Source: Inconstantimicrobium porci
GTDB taxonomy: Bacteria; Bacillota; Clostridia; Clostridiales; Clostridiaceae
DNA: 64,000 nt
Direction of reading: 5' to 3'
Assembly (NCBI RefSeq): GCF_009696465.1
Contig: NZ_VULX01000009.1
Coordinates: 37,537-101,536, forward strand
Shown: positions 1 through 10,589 of the stretch, piece after piece
Numbering within the stretch: the first letter of the stretch is position 1
Layout of the letters: each line of letters begins with the position of its first letter
The notes under the pieces: model-generated
Told to the model about the DNA's origin: nothing
The model's database searches: none
The model's input: only the letters and a program-made list of their open reading frames with translations
Translations under genes and position numbers: made by a program

Positions 1-788
1 AGTCTTGGAACTGACTGTAAAAGAGCCCAAGTATAAGGGTGCTGTGCATTATAGAATATTTCATCTACAGTTCCTCTTTCAACAATAAGTCCTGAGTACA
101 TAACCTGAATTCTATCAGCAACATCTGCAACTACTCCAAGGTCATGTGTTACTAAAACAACAGCTGTCTGGAATTTATCCTGTAAATCCTTGATAAGATC
201 CATAATCTGTGCCTGAATAGTAACATCAAGAGCAGTTGTAGGTTCATCTGCTAATAATATTTTAGGATTACAAGCAAGCGCTATAGCTATCATAGCTCTT
301 TGTCTCATACCACCTGAAAATTCATGTGGATACTGTTTAGCTCTTGCTTCTGCATTTGGTATATTAACAAGCTTTAACATCTTAATAGCTTCCTGATATG
401 CCAGCGCTTTATCAAGTCCTCTATGATTAACAATTGTTTCAGCAATCTGCTTTCCAATTGTCATAGTAGGATTTAATGAAGTCATTGGATCTTGGAATAT
501 CATACTGATATCTGATCCTCTGACATTTCTCATTTCTTTTTCAGGTAATTTTAATAAATCTTTTCCTTCAAGAAGTATCTCTGAATCCTTTGATATTTCT
601 CCTGGAGGTGTCTGAATCAATCCTAATATTGCTTTAGAAGTTACAGTCTTACCACAACCAGACTCACCAACTATTGCAAGAGTTTCTCCTGCATTTAGAT
701 GAAAGCTTACGCCTCTGACAGACTGTACTTTACCAGCATATGTGTTATATGATACTTTTAAATTTTTAACTTCAAGTAATCTTGTCAT
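1..788 (-). CDS. oppD: Oligopeptide ABC transporter ATP-binding protein (OppD-like); the C-terminal part lies outside the window
   Basis: The minus-strand ORF runs off the window start. Translation begins MTRLLEVKNLKVSY...GESGCGKT (Walker A) and ends ...LSGG/DEPTTALD. The ATG is at 788, directly upstream of oppC. Confidence 0.8.
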   Translation of the reverse strand, partial: MTRLLEVKNLKVSYNTYAGKVQSVRGVSFHLNAGETLAIVGESGCGKTVTSKAILGLIQTPPGEISKDSEILLEGKDLLKLPEKEMRNVRGSDISMIFQDPMTSLNPTMTIGKQIAETIVNHRGLDKALAYQEAIKMLKLVNIPNAEARAKQYPHEFSGGMRQRAMIAIALACNPKILLADEPTTALDVTIQAQIMDLIKDLQDKFQTAVVLVTHDLGVVADVADRIQVMYSGLIVERGTVDEIFYNAQHPYTWALLQSVPR

Positions 789-801
789 ATTCATCTACCT
801 C

Positions 802-1716
802 CTATTGTCTTTGCTTTGGATCTAGCGCATTTGTTAATCCATCACCAAATACGTTGAATGCCAAAACTATTATACATATGATTGAACAAGGTATAAATAA
901 CTGATAAGGATGGTTAGTCATAACTCCCTGACCAGTTGAAACAAGAGCTCCTAAGCTGGTTTTTGGAGGCTGAACTCCAAGTCCTAAGAAACTTAAGAAA
1001 GCTTCTTCAAATATATATGCCGGTATATCCATTGACATATAAGTAATTATTATACCTAATGTATTTGGAAGAAGATGTTTTATGATAATTCTCATTGGTT
1101 TTGAACCAAGAGCCTGAGCAGCCATAACATATTCTGAATTTTTAAGCTGCATAATCTGTCCTCTTACAAGACGGGCAATTCCTGTCCAACCCATAATACA
1201 CATTGCAAATATAAGTGTTCCTATACCCTTTGGTAAAACAAGTAGTAATAGTATAACAACAATTAAATATGGAATTGAAGATAAAACTTCAATAACTCTC
1301 ATTAATATTAAATCAACTGCACCACCGAAATAGCCACATATTCCACCGTAGATACATCCAATAATAAGTTCAATTAATGTTCCTACAAAACCAATATATA
1401 AAGAAACTCTAGCGCCTACCCAGCATCTTGCCCATAAATCTCTTCCTAAGTTATCTGTACCAAACCAGTGAGCAGCAGATGGTCTATTATCAAGTACTTT
1501 ATAATCTTGAGCATCAAATTTGTACTTAACTAGGTAAGGTCCAAAAATAGCTAATAATATTGAAATTATTAATACTACAAGAGAAATCATTGCAATAGGA
1601 TTTTTCTTTAATCTTCTCCATGCATCAGCCCAGTAAGATATCGCAGGTCTTACTATCTCGTCTGAATGTTTTTCCTCTGAACTTAATCGTTCAAAGCTTT
1701 TTTCATTTAATTCCAT
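802..1716 (-). CDS. oppC: Oligopeptide ABC transporter permease (OppC-like)
   Basis: 304-aa multi-TM protein of the binding-protein-dependent permease family. It is tightly packed between the oppD-like and oppB-like genes. Confidence 0.8.
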   Translation of the reverse strand: MELNEKSFERLSSEEKHSDEIVRPAISYWADAWRRLKKNPIAMISLVVLIISILLAIFGPYLVKYKFDAQDYKVLDNRPSAAHWFGTDNLGRDLWARCWVGARVSLYIGFVGTLIELIIGCIYGGICGYFGGAVDLILMRVIEVLSSIPYLIVVILLLLVLPKGIGTLIFAMCIMGWTGIARLVRGQIMQLKNSEYVMAAQALGSKPMRIIIKHLLPNTLGIIITYMSMDIPAYIFEEAFLSFLGLGVQPPKTSLGALVSTGQGVMTNHPYQLFIPCSIICIIVLAFNVFGDGLTNALDPKQRQ

Positions 1717-1717
1717 C

Positions 1718-2671
1718 TTACTTAGCGCCTCCTGTTACTTTTATTCTTGGATCTACAAGTGCATAACATATATCAACTACTAATAGTGATACTACGTATA
1801 AAGCTGCAAAGAATACTGTAAGTGACATTATTACTGTGTAATCTCTATAGTTTATTGAATTAAGAAGTTCTCTACCTAGTCCTGGTATAGCAAATATCTG
1901 TTCAACAATAAGTGATCCTGTAATAATACCTGCTATTCTTGGTCCAAGCATTGTTATTACTGGAAGTATTGCATTTCTTAATATATGTCTAAATACTAAA
2001 GAAGCTTTGCCAACTCCCTTTGCTTTTGCTGTTAAAATGTAATCCTGATTAATAACATCAATAACTGATGATTTCATAAATCTTGCATTTGAAGCTATAC
2101 CACCAAATGCTAATGCTATACTTGGTAATAAAGTATACTTAAATGCTGCAAAGAATGGATGAGCACTGTTATTCCATCCAACTGTCGGAATACCACCTTT
2201 ACCACCAAATGCAAATTGTAATAATATCGCAAGAACAAATCCTGGTATTGAAACACCTAATGTTGATAATACTATTACACCATAATCTTCCCAATGATTT
2301 CTTCTAAATGCTGCAAGAACTCCTAATGGAAGTCCAACTATAAGACCTATAGCAACAGCTTGAAGTCCTAATCTTGCAGATGCAGGAAGTTCAGCCTTTA
2401 TCATATCATTAACAGTTTTTCCTGGCCACTGTATTGACTGTCCAAGATCTCCTTTTACTAAGTCTCCTAGATAATTTACGTATCTAACAGATGCTGGCTT
2501 GTCTAAGCCGTATTTTGCTCTTATTGCCTGCTCAGTAGCTGCTGGCAATTTTTTAGCCTTAGCACCGATTGGATCACCTGGAAGCGCATTTATAAGTACG
2601 AATGTAAGTGTTGCTATAAACCAAAGTGTTACAATCATTATGCCAAGTCTTTTTAAAATATACTTTAACAT
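1718..2671 (-). CDS. oppB: Oligopeptide ABC transporter permease (OppB-like)
   Basis: 317-aa permease with the N-terminus MLKYILKRLGIMIVTLW typical of OppB/DppB. There is a 1-nt gap to oppC. Confidence 0.8.
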   Translation of the reverse strand: MLKYILKRLGIMIVTLWFIATLTFVLINALPGDPIGAKAKKLPAATEQAIRAKYGLDKPASVRYVNYLGDLVKGDLGQSIQWPGKTVNDMIKAELPASARLGLQAVAIGLIVGLPLGVLAAFRRNHWEDYGVIVLSTLGVSIPGFVLAILLQFAFGGKGGIPTVGWNNSAHPFFAAFKYTLLPSIALAFGGIASNARFMKSSVIDVINQDYILTAKAKGVGKASLVFRHILRNAILPVITMLGPRIAGIITGSLIVEQIFAIPGLGRELLNSINYRDYTVIMSLTVFFAALYVVSLLVVDICYALVDPRIKVTGGAK

Positions 2672-2732
2672 GTCATATCCCCCTTCATTTTATTATTACT
2701 TTAAAAATGTACGAAATTTTATAATTAACAAC

Positions 2733-2755
2733 AAACAGGACAAAAAGTCCTGTTT
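2733..2755 (-). terminator. Intrinsic terminator downstream of OppA paralog 1
   Basis: Hairpin aaacaggac-aaaaa-gtcctgttt followed by a U-rich run on the minus strand, 30 nt after the oppA1 stop. Confidence 0.5.
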
Positions 2756-2787
2756 ATCATTCATATTCAACTAAATATAATTGCTGA

Positions 2788-4464
2788 TTATTTTCCTTGA
2801 ATACTTACTCCTGATAAATCATAACTTCCACCGAACTTAGGAATCTGATATCCCTTAACATAGTTCTTAGCAAATGTATTTACATCTGAGTAATATGTTG
2901 GCATAACTGCTGGATCCTGATTTATTAAAATGTCTTCAGCTTTCTTGTAAAGTTCAATTCTCTTGTTTTCATCTGTTTCAGCAGATGCTTCTTTTACAAT
3001 GCTGTCGAATTCTTTATTGCTGTAGTTTCCACTGTTGTTACCATTACCAGTTGTAAATATAGTGAAGTATGAACTTACATCATTATAGTCAGCAGTCCAT
3101 CCACCTCCACACATATCGAAATCTTTCTCAGTTCTTCTCTTATAATAAGTCTGAGCATCAGCAGTGAAGTCCTGCTTAATCTTTATTCCAAATGTTTCTT
3201 CGAATGTTTTCTGAATATAATCCCCAATTCCTTTTGTTATAGATGATTGTTCACCTAATAAGAAATCTATGCTTACTTTTGATGGATCTGTTATTCCTTC
3301 TTCTTTAAGTCCTTCTGTCATAAGCTTCTTAGCTTCGTCTACTGAAGTCTTTAAAGTTTGTGGAACTTCTTTTCTATATATCTTGCTTCCACAGTTAACT
3401 CCATCTGGAACTAAACCATAAGATGGTATACATCTCTTATATACAACATCTAAGAACTGCTGTCTGTCTAAAGCTAATGACATAGCCTTTCTAACTTTAG
3501 CATTCTTTAATACTCCTCTTGTTACATTGTAGTAGTTAAAATATGCTCCAGCATCCGGTCCAGATATATGTTGGAATTCACCGTTTTTAGCTTTTTCTTT
3601 TAATCTTGATAAATCATCTTTAGCTGCTGATGTAATATCAAGTTCTCCACCTTCGAACATCTTTACTAAAGTTGTTGTTTCAGTAATTATATGTCCTGTG
3701 GCTTTTTCAAGCTTAATGTTCTTAGCATCCCAATAAGTATCATTTTTCTTATATACAATCTTAGATCCCTTTGCATATTCAGAAACAGTAAATGGTCCAT
3801 TGTAAACCATCTTTGCTGGATCTGCCCCAAAAGCATCTCCTTGTTCTTTAACCTTATCTTCTCTTACTGGCGCTAAAACTCTGAATGATAATGCTTTTTC
3901 AAAATAAGGAGTTGGTTTTGCTAAAGTTACAACTAATGTGTTATCGTCTTTAGCTTGTACACCTATTTGATCAACTAACTTATCTACTTCTGCTCCACTT
4001 TTCTTTGCTTCAGCTGCTGCCATAACTTCACTTACACCTTTTACATTAAGTTCATCAAGTAAAGTCATGTAATCTGCTCCAGTTGATGGGTTAGTAAGTC
4101 TCTTCCAGGAATATTCATATTCTGATGCTTTTACTGGCTTGCCGTCTGACCATTTAGCATCCTTTCTTAAATGAATAGTATAAGTAAGCCCATCAGAGCT
4201 CTTTTCTATCTTTTCAGCTCCTGCAAGTTCTGTTGTTTCTTTTCCGTCTTTTAGCACTTCTTTTGTAAGACACTCATAAATATTCTCCAAAGATGTAAAT
4301 GAATCAGAATCACTTACTTTATTTGGATCTAGTGACTTAAAATCATATCCTACTAAATTTAAAGCTTGCTCAGATGCACCATCACTACTGCTGCCGCAAC
4401 CAGCTAATACTGTAGATGATACTATTCCCGCTAATAATACCGCCAATATTTTCTTTTTCTTCAT
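2788..4464 (-). CDS. Peptide ABC transporter substrate-binding lipoprotein (SBP family 5, OppA-like), paralog 1
   Basis: Lipoprotein signal MKKKKILAVLLAGIVSSTVLAGCGS. OppA/DppA-like body. The start was moved to the ATG preceded by AAAGGAAG; the ORF track starts 30 nt further upstream. Confidence 0.8.
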   Translation of the reverse strand: MKKKKILAVLLAGIVSSTVLAGCGSSSDGASEQALNLVGYDFKSLDPNKVSDSDSFTSLENIYECLTKEVLKDGKETTELAGAEKIEKSSDGLTYTIHLRKDAKWSDGKPVKASEYEYSWKRLTNPSTGADYMTLLDELNVKGVSEVMAAAEAKKSGAEVDKLVDQIGVQAKDDNTLVVTLAKPTPYFEKALSFRVLAPVREDKVKEQGDAFGADPAKMVYNGPFTVSEYAKGSKIVYKKNDTYWDAKNIKLEKATGHIITETTTLVKMFEGGELDITSAAKDDLSRLKEKAKNGEFQHISGPDAGAYFNYYNVTRGVLKNAKVRKAMSLALDRQQFLDVVYKRCIPSYGLVPDGVNCGSKIYRKEVPQTLKTSVDEAKKLMTEGLKEEGITDPSKVSIDFLLGEQSSITKGIGDYIQKTFEETFGIKIKQDFTADAQTYYKRRTEKDFDMCGGGWTADYNDVSSYFTIFTTGNGNNSGNYSNKEFDSIVKEASAETDENKRIELYKKAEDILINQDPAVMPTYYSDVNTFAKNYVKGYQIPKFGGSYDLSGVSIQGK

Positions 4465-4857
4465 TGTCTTTCTTCCTTTCGCCGCATATTCCATAATCTA
4501 TTAAAAGTTCTCATTTATTTAACAACACCCATATTTATCTATAAATGTTTGTTAAATCTTCGCTTTAAACAAAATTATAACGCAATTACTAATGATTTGC
4601 AAATATTATTCGTAAGATTCAATTTATTTTTAGACAAAATTATTAATATTTTATTTTTGTACTACATTTTTTGATTAAATATTATTTCATAACATCTTGT
4701 AATCATTTTATTTAGGAACATTTTTATACTAATATGTTTTATTTTATTAAATAAAATCGAATTCACGAGAATATTGTTGTATTTATTTTAACAAATATAT
4801 CACTTTATTTTATGTTATAATTAATTATCAATATGCGTTTAAGGAAGTGTTTATATA

Positions 4858-5490
4858 ATGAATAAAAGTAATTTTAAAGGAAGTGTAATTTTAAACCCTG
4901 TACCAGTTGTTTTAATTGCTTCTAAAAATAAAGCTGGCAAAACTAATATCTTCACTGTTGCCTGGACTGGAACCATCTGTACAAAGCCACCTATGCTTTC
5001 TATATCTGTAAGACCAGAGCGTCTATCCTATGAATATATAAAAGAGACTATGGAATTTACAGTTAACATCCCACATTACGGCATTGTGAGAGAAACTGAC
5101 TTTTGCGGCGTAAAGTCTGGAAGAAATATAAATAAGATAGACGCGCTGGGCTTCACTATGAAAGATAGTGATAACATAAGTGTTCCTTATATAGATGAAT
5201 GCCCTATCAATATTGAATGTAAGGTGAAAGAAATAATTCCTTTAGGATCACATGATTTAATACTTGCAGAAGTATTAAGTTCACACATTAACGAAACCTT
5301 GATAGATGAAAAAGGTAAAATTCACTTTGAGAAAGCTAACCTTATAAATTACTGTCACGGTGAATATTATCCAATGAGCAAAAGTGCTATTGGTAAATTT
5401 GGTTTTTCAATTGCTAAGAATAAGGCCCGTATAAAGGAATATTCAAAGTATGAAAAAAACCTGAAAAACTTTATAAAGCACAATAATTAG
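4858..5490 (+). CDS. Flavin reductase-like (flavoredoxin / FMN-binding split-barrel) protein
   Basis: 210 aa. The VILNPVPVVLIASK..FTVAWTG..P.MLSISV pattern is typical of the flavin reductase-like domain. Good RBS. Confidence 0.55.
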   Translation: MNKSNFKGSVILNPVPVVLIASKNKAGKTNIFTVAWTGTICTKPPMLSISVRPERLSYEYIKETMEFTVNIPHYGIVRETDFCGVKSGRNINKIDALGFTMKDSDNISVPYIDECPINIECKVKEIIPLGSHDLILAEVLSSHINETLIDEKGKIHFEKANLINYCHGEYYPMSKSAIGKFGFSIAKNKARIKEYSKYEKNLKNFIKHNN

Positions 5491-5494
5491 TAAT

Positions 5495-5521
5495 AAAGAC
5501 TGCTTAACTTAAGCAGTCTTT
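5495..5521. terminator. Bidirectional terminator between the flavin reductase (+) and OppA paralog 2 (-)
   Basis: Hairpin aaagactgcttaa/cttaagcagtcttt flanked by an A-run and a T-run. Confidence 0.55.
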
Positions 5522-5551
5522 ATTTTATTCATTTAATCTTATCAGAAGGAA

Positions 5552-7261
5552 TTACTTTGTTTTTCCTGAGATGTATACTGTACGTAAGTTGTAGTATCCA
5601 CCGAATTTAGGGTTTTCAAATCCTTTTACATAATTCTTTCTGAATGAATTTATATCACCATAATATGTTGGTATAACTGCTGCTTCATCTTTTACTAAGA
5701 TTTCTTCAGCCTTTTTGTACATATCCATTCTCTTATTATTATCTTGTTCAGATGCTGCATCTTTTACAAGTTTATCATATTCAGCATTCTTGAATTTACT
5801 ATTGTTGTTAGGGTTAGCTCCTAAAAATACTCCGAAATATGAACTTACATCGTTATAGTCAGCAGACCAGCCGCCACCACAAAGATCGAAGTCACTTGCT
5901 TGTCTCTTCTTGAAGTAGCTCTGAGAATCTGGTGAATAATCAAGAACTAAATTAATTCCAAATGCATCTTTATATAACTTCTGGAAATAATCACCCATAC
6001 TCTGGCTTATTGAAGTCTTAGGTCCAAATAGCATTGTAATCTTAGCTTTAGAAGCTTCTACTCCTTCTTCCTTAAGTCCTTCAGCCATTAATTTCTTTGC
6101 TTGTTCCTTATCAGTCTTAATTGATTCTTTAACTTCTTTTCTGTAATCTTTATCTCCACAAGAAATTCCTTCTGGAGCAATTCCGTATGATGGAATACAT
6201 CTCTTATAGACAACATCTAGCATTTCTTTTCTGTCAACAGCTAATGATAATGCTTGTCTAACTTTCTTGTTTTTAACTATTGGTCTAGTCACATTTACAT
6301 AATTGAAGTATGCTCCTGTATCTACACCCTGTACATATTGACATTCCTTATTCTGTGCCTTTTGTTTTAATCTAGCCAAATCATCTTTTGATGCTCCAGT
6401 TACATCTAATTCTCCACCTTCAAACATCTTAACAAGTGTAGTAGTTTCATTTATTATGCTACCATTGCAAGTCTGAAGTTTGATGTCCTTTGCACCCCAG
6501 TATTTATCATTCTTAGTGTAAACAATCTTAGAACCCTTCTGATATTCAGTTATTGTAAATGGTCCATTGTAAACTGTTGTCTTAGGATCAGATCCGAATT
6601 TATCTCCCTGTTCTTTAACTTTATCTTCTCTTATTGGAACAAGATCATCAAATGACATTGCATTGATAAAGAATGGTGTAGGTTTTTCCAGATGAACTAC
6701 AAATGTATAATCATCTTTAGCTTCAACGCCAAGTTTTTCAACTAAATCATCAGTTGGCTTCTTTGCATCTGCTGCATCGATTATATCCTGAGCACCTTTT
6801 ACATTTAATTCTGCAAGTAAAGTCATATAATCTGAACCAGTCTTAGGATTTATAAGTCTCTTCCAAGAGTAAACATATTGTTGAGCTGTAACTGGTTTTC
6901 CATCAGTCCACTTTGCATCTTTTCTTAAATGAAATGTATAAGTAAGTTTATCATCACTTAATTTATACTTTTCACATCCTGCTGGCTCAACAGTTGCCTT
7001 TCCATCCTTGTCTACTTCTTTCATTAAACCTTCATAAATATTAGTTAAACTTGATGATGATTCACTATCACTAACTAAGCTTGGATCAAGTGTCTTGAAA
7101 TCATATCCAGCTATGTTTAATACTTGTTCCTTATCTGGTGTATCTGTTGTTTGAGTTTTGTTTGAATCTGCAGCATCATTACTGCTTCCACATCCTGCTA
7201 ATACTCCTGAAGTTGCAACAACTCCAGTAAGTACTAAAGCTAATACTTTTTTTCTTTTCAT
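5552..7261 (-). CDS. Peptide ABC transporter substrate-binding lipoprotein (SBP family 5), paralog 2
   Basis: 569 aa with lipobox LAGCGSS. About 60% identical to paralogs 1 and 3 across its whole length. Confidence 0.8.
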   Translation of the reverse strand: MKRKKVLALVLTGVVATSGVLAGCGSSNDAADSNKTQTTDTPDKEQVLNIAGYDFKTLDPSLVSDSESSSSLTNIYEGLMKEVDKDGKATVEPAGCEKYKLSDDKLTYTFHLRKDAKWTDGKPVTAQQYVYSWKRLINPKTGSDYMTLLAELNVKGAQDIIDAADAKKPTDDLVEKLGVEAKDDYTFVVHLEKPTPFFINAMSFDDLVPIREDKVKEQGDKFGSDPKTTVYNGPFTITEYQKGSKIVYTKNDKYWGAKDIKLQTCNGSIINETTTLVKMFEGGELDVTGASKDDLARLKQKAQNKECQYVQGVDTGAYFNYVNVTRPIVKNKKVRQALSLAVDRKEMLDVVYKRCIPSYGIAPEGISCGDKDYRKEVKESIKTDKEQAKKLMAEGLKEEGVEASKAKITMLFGPKTSISQSMGDYFQKLYKDAFGINLVLDYSPDSQSYFKKRQASDFDLCGGGWSADYNDVSSYFGVFLGANPNNNSKFKNAEYDKLVKDAASEQDNNKRMDMYKKAEEILVKDEAAVIPTYYGDINSFRKNYVKGFENPKFGGYYNLRTVYISGKTK

Positions 7262-7738
7262 ATTTATTGCCCCCCTAAAATATTTATTTATATTTATGTT
7301 TTTAATATTTTACATTTTTTGAGGAATTTGTGTTTTCCTCCTGCTTTATTCAAATTATATATATTTATTAACAAGTTGTAAATATATTTCCTACACTTTT
7401 ATAGAAATTCTTCAATTTTTATTACTTTTTTAAAATAAAGTATATTTTTTTATCATTTGCTAAACGAAGAAATACTTTTATGTTGTTTGTAAACGTATAA
7501 TAAGATATTTCATTTTTAAATTAAAAAAAGAGGTTATTTTATGAATGTGTTAATTCTACGCTTTCAAAGCTATTATTGTAATAAATAATTACCTGTCAGC
7601 AAATCATTTTAATAATTGATAATTTGTTACTACTTTTTTACTCTTTCGATTTATTTTTTAATAATTTATAGTTATTATAATATGTACATTGTGATTTATA
7701 ATCTGATTATTAAATTATAGAAGTAATAAAAACGCCCC

Positions 7739-7756
7739 GATAAGCTGAAGCTTATC
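7739..7756 (-). terminator. Terminator downstream of OppA paralog 3
   Basis: Hairpin gataagct-gaa-gcttatc plus a GC-rich base and a U-run on the minus strand, just after the stop at 7781. Confidence 0.4.
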
Positions 7757-7780
7757 AAGGCATCTTTTATTTATATTGAT

Positions 7781-9505
7781 CTATTTTGTTTTTCCAGAGA
7801 TATAAACCTGAGATAAATCGTATTGACCACCAAACTTACTAAATGTAGATCCTTTAACATAATTCTTTCTGAATGAATTTATATCTGCATAATAACTTGG
7901 CATTATTCCAGCATCATCAGCAACAAGTATTTTTTCAGCTTCTTTATATAATTCAACTCTCTTTTTAGCATCTTCCTCTGATGCTGCCTTTTTAACAAGT
8001 TCATCATATTTAGGATTCTTATAGTGTCCATTGTTATTTGCACTGTCACTTAAGAAAACGCCGAAGAATGAACTTATATCATCATAATCTGGACCCCATC
8101 CACTAGATGCTATGTCAAAATCTCCTTCATTTAACAGTTTAAAGAATGTCTTACTATCAGGAGTAAATACCTGTTCAAGTTTTATACCAAAAGTATCCTT
8201 ATAAAGTTTCTCCATGTAATCACCTATAGCTGAAGTAGTAGAAGTCTTAGTTCCTAAAAGATCCTTTATAACTACCTTTGATGCATCTACGCCTTCTTCT
8301 TTAAGTCCTTCAGTCATAAGTTTCTTTGCTTCTTCAACATCATTCTTGATTGGTTCAGGAACTTCCTTTCTGTAAACACTACCGCTACAGTCAACTCCAT
8401 CAGTTATAAGACCATAAGCAGGAATCATTCTCTTATAAACAACGTCAAGGTATTCTTGTCTGTTTATTGCTAAAGATAATGCTTTTCTTACCTTTGCATT
8501 CTTTAATATTCCTTTTGTAACATTAAAGTATTCATAATAAGATGTAGTGTCTTTTCCATGGATATATGTTATTTCACCATTCTTAGCTTTTTCTTTAAGC
8601 CTTGCAAGATTATCTTTTGATGCTCCTGTTAAATCAAGTTCTCCAGTTTCAAACATCTTAACAAGAGTATTTGATTCATCTATGATAAATCCATTAGCAG
8701 TTTCAAGTTTGATATTCTTAGCATTCCAATACTTGGTGTTTTTCTTATATACTATCTTTGAACCTTTCTGATAATCTGATATTGTAAATGGTCCATTGTA
8801 CACAACAGTGTTAATATCAGCTCCGTACTTATCTCCAGCAGCCTTTACTTTATCTTCTCTTACTGGTACAAGGCCCTTAAATGTCATTGCATTTAAAAAA
8901 TATGGTGTTGGTTTTGCAAGCTTAACTTCAAAAGTATAATCATCTTTAGCTTCAACACCTAACTTCTCTACAAGAGCATCAGTTGTTGCTTTATCCTTTT
9001 TAGCTGTTGCTGCATCAATTATTTCCTGCGCTCCTTTAACATTTAATTCTGCCAGTATTGTCATATAAGGAGCAGCTGTTGTTGGATTTATTAATCTCTT
9101 CCATGCATACACATAATCTTTTGCTGTTACAGGTTTATCATCTGTCCATTTAGCATCTTTTCTTAAATGGAATGTATATGTCAATTTATCACTGCTGACA
9201 TCTACCTTTTCAGCTCCAGCGTTAACTATCTTTGTATTTCCCTTTATATCTGTCTGTTCTCTCATAAGTCCTTCAAATACCTGATTCATACTTGTAAAAC
9301 TTTCTGCATCACTTACTTTAGCTGGATCAAGAGAAGTATAATCATAGCCAACTAAATTTAAAGTCTGATCTTTATCCGGCTTTGTATCAGCTGTCTTTTC
9401 AGTTGAAGTTTCTTTTTTTTCTTCAGTACTACCACATCCTGCAAACACCATTGTACTTACTGTTGTAGCTGCTAAAAATAAAGCTACTAGTTTTTTCTTA
9501 TTCAT
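7781..9505 (-). CDS. Peptide ABC transporter substrate-binding lipoprotein (SBP family 5), paralog 3
   Basis: 574 aa with lipobox FAGCGST. Homologous to paralogs 1 and 2. Confidence 0.8.
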   Translation of the reverse strand: MNKKKLVALFLAATTVSTMVFAGCGSTEEKKETSTEKTADTKPDKDQTLNLVGYDYTSLDPAKVSDAESFTSMNQVFEGLMREQTDIKGNTKIVNAGAEKVDVSSDKLTYTFHLRKDAKWTDDKPVTAKDYVYAWKRLINPTTAAPYMTILAELNVKGAQEIIDAATAKKDKATTDALVEKLGVEAKDDYTFEVKLAKPTPYFLNAMTFKGLVPVREDKVKAAGDKYGADINTVVYNGPFTISDYQKGSKIVYKKNTKYWNAKNIKLETANGFIIDESNTLVKMFETGELDLTGASKDNLARLKEKAKNGEITYIHGKDTTSYYEYFNVTKGILKNAKVRKALSLAINRQEYLDVVYKRMIPAYGLITDGVDCSGSVYRKEVPEPIKNDVEEAKKLMTEGLKEEGVDASKVVIKDLLGTKTSTTSAIGDYMEKLYKDTFGIKLEQVFTPDSKTFFKLLNEGDFDIASSGWGPDYDDISSFFGVFLSDSANNNGHYKNPKYDELVKKAASEEDAKKRVELYKEAEKILVADDAGIMPSYYADINSFRKNYVKGSTFSKFGGQYDLSQVYISGKTK

Positions 9506-9852
9506 ATAATTACCCCCTAAATTTAAAAATCCAAAATTTTTACCCTAATTATTTTGAATTTTTTTCAATTTATTTTAAATATTGTTTATTGTTACTTTTT
9601 ATATAATTATAGTTATTTATTTTTATTTTGTAAATATTTTTGAGATATTTTTACTTATTTTATTGTTTTTTATTTGTTTTTTTAAAATTGTATCATTTTT
9701 TAGTTCAATGTATACTTTTTCATTCATTATTCACAATTTATTACTTTATTTTTCATTCATCTTTGTTGTTTCCATCTTCATTTAACATTTAAAACGATTC
9801 CCAAAATGCAAAAAAATAAAGGAGAAAATCCAAATTCAGATTTTCTCCTTTA

Positions 9853-10530
9853 TTTCTAAGTATGAACTTACATCATCATAGTCAGGTCCCCATCCTGATC
9901 CACCTATGTCAAACTCACCTTTATCAAACATATCATAAAATGTTGTATCATCAGGAGTAAATACAGTCTCAAGTGTAATACCAAATGTTTCTTTATACAA
10001 CTTAGTCATATAGTCTGAAAGATCTGATGTAATTGTAACCTTTGGTCCAAGCAGGTATTGTATACTATCTTTGATCCTTTTTGATAATCAGCTACAACAA
10101 ATGGTCCATTATACACCATTGTTTTGCAATCAACTCCATACTTTTCACCCTGGCTCTTTGCAATATCTTCTCTTATTGGCACAAGACCTTTAAATGTTAA
10201 TGCATTTATAAAATATGGAGTTACCTTTGTCAATGTAACTACTAAAGTATTATCATCTTTAGCTTCAACACCTAATTTATCAATAAGATCTTTAGCATCT
10301 TTTTTAGCTGAAGCTGCTGCAATTATTTCATCAGCACCTTTAACATTTAATTCGGCTAACAATGTCATATAAGGTGATCCATTTAATGGATTGATAAGCT
10401 GCTTCCAAGCATAAACGTAATCTTGTGCCTTTACAGGCTTATCATCTGACCACTTTGCATCTTTTCTTAAATGGAATGTATAAGTAAGTTTATCTGAACT
10501 TACTTCATAACTTTCACATCCAGCCTTTTC
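9853..10530 (-). pseudogene. Decayed fourth OppA-like SBP paralog, truncated at both ends and with an internal deletion
   Basis: DNA is collinear with internal parts of paralog 3 (8060-8270 and 8770-9215 equivalents). The central segment is missing. Only a 120-aa in-frame ORF remains (10006..10368). There is no signal peptide and no start. Confidence 0.7.
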
Positions 10531-10538
10531 AATAAAAA

Positions 10539-10574
10539 AACTGTTATAAACTCAAAAATAGAGCCATAACAGTT
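10539..10574 (-). terminator. Terminator of the APC permease gene
   Basis: Stem aactgttat...ataacagtt followed by U7 on the minus strand, immediately after the stop. Confidence 0.5.
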
Positions 10575-10589
10575 CTTAATTATTTCTAA

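Noticed and set aside
2499-2774. Plus-strand ORFs overlapping minus-strand genes (for example 2499..2774, 3691..3876, 8547..8771, 12280..12559, 24341..24634 on the minus strand, 33520..33762, 54854..55171, 61299..61784)
   Set aside because: They are antisense shadows of well-supported coding genes, lack RBSs and have biased, implausible composition.
9582-9785. 67-aa ORF in the AT-rich intergenic region upstream of OppA paralog 3
   Set aside because: It is low-complexity (Phe/Ile/Leu only), has no RBS, and lies in 75-80% AT DNA where ORFs arise by chance.
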